Shown here in pieces: positions 48,870 to 52,800 of a stretch of 52,800 nt of DNA (position 1 is its first letter; each line of letters starts with the position of its first letter). The notes beneath the pieces are model-generated. The model was not told the DNA's origin and did not search any database. It saw nothing but the letters and a program-made list of their open reading frames with translations. Source of the stretch: Candidatus Falkowbacteria bacterium (GTDB lineage: Bacteria > Patescibacteriota > Patescibacteriia > Patescibacteriales > UBA12465); contig CAINDR010000021.1 in the NCBI GenBank assembly GCA_903847415.1, positions 1 through 52,800 on the forward strand. The letters are read 5' to 3'. A program made the position numbers and the translations under genes.

Positions 48870-49805
48870 ATGTCTGATCGAGTAATTAAAAAAGAAAAAG
48901 TTTTAGTTATTTTGGGACCGACTGCGAGCGGAAAAACGGCTCTTGGGGTTTTTTTGGCTGCTCAGTTTAACGGAGAAATAATTTCCGCTGATAGCCGACA
49001 AGTTTTTAGAGGTATGGATATTGGTACCGGAAAAGATCTTGGTGAGTATTTAATTGATGGAAAAAAAATTGGTTATCATTTAATTGATGTTGTTCATCCA
49101 AATACCAATTTTAATTTAGCAAAATACCAACGCTTATCTTCTGTGGCGATTAAGGAGATTTTGGCACGCAAGAATCTGCCCATGATTGTTGGTGGTTCTG
49201 GTCTTTATCTTCAGGCAGTGGTTGATAACTTTACTCTTGCCAAAGGGAAGAGTGATCTGAAACTTCGGGGGGAATTAGAGCTTCTAGGGGCAGATGAATT
49301 ATTTTTAAAATTAAAAAAACAAGCACCCGATTTTGCAAATCAACTTAATAATAGTGATCGCCATAATGCGAGGCGTTTAGCGCGTTATTTAGAAATAGCA
49401 GCGATGGGAAGACTGGGGGAGGTTGGTAAACAAGAAGCAAAATATGATTTTTTAATTCTTGGAACTTATCGTCCGGGTGAAGAATTACGATCTCGGATTG
49501 CTTGTCGCTTGAGAGATCGCTTGGAAAAAGAAGGTTTGGTTGAAGAGGTAAAAAATTTACATCAAAAAGGGGTTTCCTGGAAACGGCTAATTTATTTTGG
49601 CTTAGAATATAAATTCGTGAGTTGGTTTTTGATGGGCAAATTAGATTACGACACAATGGTTTTTCGTTTAGAAACGGAAATTTGTCAGTTTGCGAAGCGG
49701 CAAAAATCTTGGTTTAAAAGATGGGAGGGGCAAGGAACAAAAATTAATTGGGTTAGCGGTAAGGATGAAGCGATTGAGTTGGTGCGGAAATGGATCAGTA
49801 ATTAA
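48870..49805 (+). CDS. miaA: tRNA dimethylallyltransferase
   Basis: GPTASGKT, ISADSRQV, GGSGLY, AKRQKSWF. Confidence 0.96.
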   Translation: MSDRVIKKEKVLVILGPTASGKTALGVFLAAQFNGEIISADSRQVFRGMDIGTGKDLGEYLIDGKKIGYHLIDVVHPNTNFNLAKYQRLSSVAIKEILARKNLPMIVGGSGLYLQAVVDNFTLAKGKSDLKLRGELELLGADELFLKLKKQAPDFANQLNNSDRHNARRLARYLEIAAMGRLGEVGKQEAKYDFLILGTYRPGEELRSRIACRLRDRLEKEGLVEEVKNLHQKGVSWKRLIYFGLEYKFVSWFLMGKLDYDTMVFRLETEICQFAKRQKSWFKRWEGQGTKINWVSGKDEAIELVRKWISN

Positions 49806-49820
49806 AAATTTAAATTTAAA

Positions 49821-49851
49821 AAAAATCCATTGTTTTTGACAATGGATTTTT
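49821..49851. terminator. bidirectional terminator
   Basis: AAAAATCCATTGT-TTTTG-ACAATGGATTTTT. Confidence 0.75.
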
Positions 49852-49867
49852 AGTATGAATATTTTTT

Positions 49868-51340
49868 TTATTTTAAATTATTTTCCAAGATTTCTTTGGT
49901 AATTTTTGGATCAGCTTTGCCAGCAGTTGCGGCCATCACCTTGCCCAGGAAAAACGCCATTAGTGGTAATTTTCCACCTTTATATTCAGCGACTTGGCTT
50001 GGGAATTGAGAAATAATTTTTTTGGCGATTTTATCAATAGCTTCATTGTCGCTAATTATTTCTAGTCCAGATTCTTTAATGATTTCTTTGGCACCCATAT
50101 CAGTAGCAAGCATTTTGCTTAATACCTCTTGACCAATATTGCTGGTTATTTTTCCTTCATTAATAATAATGATTAACTCAGAAAATTTTTCTGGGTTAAT
50201 TTTTGCGTCACCAATTTTAGTACCAGTGCTATTAAGATTCTTAAGTAATTCACTAACAATCCAGCCGGCTGCGTTTGGTGCTAAATTTATTTTTTTGGCT
50301 TTTTCTAGATGACTAAAAACTTCTTCAGCGAAATTAACTAATTTTTGGTCGTCAACTAATTGGTCGGCAATTTCTTTTTTTAAAGCATAGGTGGACATGA
50401 GTCTATTTTTTTTATCTTCTGGTAACTCGATTAGCTCTTCTCTGATTTTTGCTAACCACTGATCATCAATTCTAATTGGCGGAATATCTGGCTCAGGGAA
50501 ATAACGATAATCAGCAGCGCTTTCTTTGACGCGTTGAGAAACGGTAATATTCTTTGAATCGTCAAAGCCACGAGTTTCAGCGATAATTTTTTGACCATTA
50601 TCTAGCTCTTGGGATTGTCTATTAATTTCAAAATTAATTGCTTTTTCAACAGCCCGAAAAGAGTTGATATTTTTTACTTCAACTTTGTGATTTAATTTTT
50701 TTGAGCCAATTGGTAAAATCTGGCCATTTTCGTATTTCCAGGTTCCGACCTCTTGAACACTGATATTTGCCTCACAACGCATTTCTCCTTTTTCAAGATC
50801 AGCATTGCTAGCTCCAAGATAACGCAAAATTCTCTGGTAATTTTGACAGAATTTTTTGGCTTCTTCGGCGCTCCGAATTGTTGGCTCGGTCACAAGTTCT
50901 AGTAATGGAGCACCGGCACGATTAAAATCAATTAGGGTATAGTTAGAGTTCTTGGGGTGAAAAGACTTGCCAGTATCTTCCTCTAAATGAATGCGGGTAA
51001 TAAGAATATCATTGCCATCTAGGTTGATTTTTCCATGATGAGCGAAGGGAAGATTGTATTGAGAAATTTGATATCCTTTTGGTAGATCTGGATAAAAATA
51101 ATTTTTACGATCAAATTTGGAAAAAAGGTTGATTTCACAGTTGTGAGCCAAGCCAACCAAAATATTTAGTTCGATTGCCCTTTTATTTGGCACTGGCAAA
51201 GTTCCTGGGTGGCCAAGACAAATTGGGCAGGTGGCACTATTTTGAATCATCCCCGAAGAATTAGGGCAGGAGCAAAACATTTTACTAGCAGTTTTTAGCT
51301 CAGCATGGATTTCCAGGCCAATAATTATATCGTATTTCAT
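49868..51340 (-). CDS. gatB: Asp/Glu-tRNA amidotransferase subunit B
   Basis: GLEIHAEL, FDRKNYFYPDLPKGYQISQ, HLEEDTGK, DYRYFPEPD. Confidence 0.98.
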   Translation of the reverse strand: MKYDIIIGLEIHAELKTASKMFCSCPNSSGMIQNSATCPICLGHPGTLPVPNKRAIELNILVGLAHNCEINLFSKFDRKNYFYPDLPKGYQISQYNLPFAHHGKINLDGNDILITRIHLEEDTGKSFHPKNSNYTLIDFNRAGAPLLELVTEPTIRSAEEAKKFCQNYQRILRYLGASNADLEKGEMRCEANISVQEVGTWKYENGQILPIGSKKLNHKVEVKNINSFRAVEKAINFEINRQSQELDNGQKIIAETRGFDDSKNITVSQRVKESAADYRYFPEPDIPPIRIDDQWLAKIREELIELPEDKKNRLMSTYALKKEIADQLVDDQKLVNFAEEVFSHLEKAKKINLAPNAAGWIVSELLKNLNSTGTKIGDAKINPEKFSELIIIINEGKITSNIGQEVLSKMLATDMGAKEIIKESGLEIISDNEAIDKIAKKIISQFPSQVAEYKGGKLPLMAFFLGKVMAATAGKADPKITKEILENNLK

Positions 51341-51388
51341 AGTATTATCTTAGCTTAAAAGTGCTTCAAAGGTCAAAGTTGTTTTTAA

Positions 51389-51413
51389 AAAAATCCTTTT
51401 TTGAAGGATTTTT
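51389..51413 (-). terminator. probable terminator
   Basis: AAAAATCCTT-N5-AAGGATTTTT at the end of 51412..51723. Confidence 0.55.
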
Positions 51414-51723
51414 AATTTTGAAGTTCGCGAGCCGTTTCGATTAGCCAGCGGTTGTCTTTATCTGGAAAAATTTCCTTAAGAGATCCGATGATGTAAGCCG
51501 CTATTTTTGTTGGCATTCCTCCGAAGAGGTCATTCATGATGATCATCGCCCCAATTTCAATTTTTTCTAATTTTTCTGGTGAATTTTCAAAGTTTTTTTC
51601 TAGGGCTTGTTTTTTAATTTCTTGAATTTCTTGTTCATAGCCAATAAGTTCCGATTTTAATTCCGGAATATTTTTTTTCAGTTTGTCTGTAAAATTAAAT
51701 AATGGCATAAATTCATTCTGCAA
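51412..51723 (-). CDS. hypothetical protein
   Basis: 103-aa ORF co-oriented downstream of tmk-dut. Confidence 0.6.
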   Translation of the reverse strand: MQNEFMPLFNFTDKLKKNIPELKSELIGYEQEIQEIKKQALEKNFENSPEKLEKIEIGAMIIMNDLFGGMPTKIAAYIIGSLKEIFPDKDNRWLIETARELQN

Positions 51724-51744
51724 TATTAATCAAAGGAAGTCAAG

Positions 51745-52800
51745 TTAAAACTTTCCAGTACTGCCAAATCCTCCATTTTCTCGTTTTGTGCTGTCTATAA
51801 TCTCTGACTCAATTAATTTGGTTTGGTTAATTGCTTGAATCAGAATCTGGGCAATTTTTTGCCCCTTGGTAATATTAAAAAAATCTTCGCTAAGGTTTTT
51901 GGCAATAATGATGATTTCTCCTCGATAGCCAGAATCAATAACTCCGCCCATTGTTTTTAATCCTTGGGCTGCAAGACTACTTTTATCCCAAATTAAACCG
52001 GCAAATCCCTGAGGAATAGCCATTTTAATGCCAGTGCTAATTTTAGTTTGTCCGTAAGGGGGAATTGAATAGTGGTCGATAGCGAAGAGGTCATAACCAG
52101 CATCAGAATCATGAGCTTTTTGGGGAAGTTTTGCGTCAGGAGTTATTTTTTCAACAAAAATAGATTCTGATTGTTTATTTTGATCTTGAGTTTCAGTCTC
52201 GATTTTTTCAAGAATATCTTCAGCTTGAAGACTTTCAACCTCCCTTACTTCTTCTTCGTTTTCGGAATTTTTTTCGATAGCGTTTAGTGATAAACTAAAA
52301 GCTTGGCGGTGGTTTTTGGTAATAATATCGGCTAAAACTGTGAAATTAGCAGTTTTTTTCACATTTTCGGCTTTTAGCATTTGGGAGACATAGATCCAAA
52401 TTAAAAAACCAATTTCTTCTCGGTCCATTACTCCTTTTTCATCAGTGCAGTTAACGAGGCGGTAGTTATGATTGTTTTCGGCAATTTCGCAATAGACCCC
52501 TTCTGCTTTTTTGAGATGCTCCAGGTTTTCTTCGTGAATATCTCTTGTTTTTCCGCTCCAATCTTCTCGTCCCCGATCTTTAGCAAGTTGTTGAGCAATT
52601 TCAGCATTTACCCTCAGGACCAAACAAAGGTCGGGGCGGGGAATCTTTAAGATGTCATGCTCTAATTCGCTGAGCCAGTTAAAAAATACTTTGCGCTCCA
52701 GAGGGTTATCAATTTTTCCCCCTTGATGAGCCATATTGGAGGAAGTGTAGCGGTTACAAAGGACAATCTTTCCTTCCGATAGCCATTCTCGAATTTGGCG
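51745..52800 (-). CDS. dut: thymidylate kinase-dUTPase fusion (5' end outside window)
   Basis: Frame open to the window edge: RQIREWLSEGKIVLCNRYTSSNMAHQG...IPRPDL (TMK); C-terminal AGYDL, KSSL, GVIDSGYRGE, KIAQ, RENGGFGSTG (dUTPase). Confidence 0.9.
   Translation of the reverse strand, partial: RQIREWLSEGKIVLCNRYTSSNMAHQGGKIDNPLERKVFFNWLSELEHDILKIPRPDLCLVLRVNAEIAQQLAKDRGREDWSGKTRDIHEENLEHLKKAEGVYCEIAENNHNYRLVNCTDEKGVMDREEIGFLIWIYVSQMLKAENVKKTANFTVLADIITKNHRQAFSLSLNAIEKNSENEEEVREVESLQAEDILEKIETETQDQNKQSESIFVEKITPDAKLPQKAHDSDAGYDLFAIDHYSIPPYGQTKISTGIKMAIPQGFAGLIWDKSSLAAQGLKTMGGVIDSGYRGEIIIIAKNLSEDFFNITKGQKIAQILIQAINQTKLIESEIIDSTKRENGGFGSTGKF

Overview
AT-rich bacterial chromosome segment using genetic code 11. 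Gene content and style suggest Patescibacteria/CPR (inference: archaeal-type ProRS, short atpH, AT-rich translation starts without clear Shine-Dalgarno sites). The housekeeping backbone comprises proS, argS, mrdA, a CIRCE-controlled hrcA-grpE-hsp20-dnaK...dnaJ locus, tatD, a full F1Fo ATP synthase operon, uppP, mltG, miaB, miaA, gatB and a tmk-dut fusion. The most notable observation is a minus-strand operon (18816->15686): OmpR-type response regulator, an unannotated 44-aa peptide ending ...LLAIGG-TMANIISIFTPGKPWL, a roughly 6-TM histidine kinase, and an isoprenyl-diphosphate-synthase-fold enzyme. It is preceded by a PhoB/OmpR-style tandem repeat. This looks like a ComQXPA-analogous prenylated-Trp peptide signalling system built from different two-component families. 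Other highlights: two integrase-free islands flanked by direct repeats of host gene 3' ends (one with an AbiL/RloAB-like pair, one with a six-gene nucleotide-modification cluster at argS), a probable remote DGR target gene with a structured leader, a Panacea toxin-antitoxin pair, a cluster of gene fragments, a Nudix-GrpE fusion, a catalytically degenerate PepE and a large beta-carbonic-anhydrase-motif protein. No rRNA, tRNA, CRISPR array, integrase or transposase was recognised.
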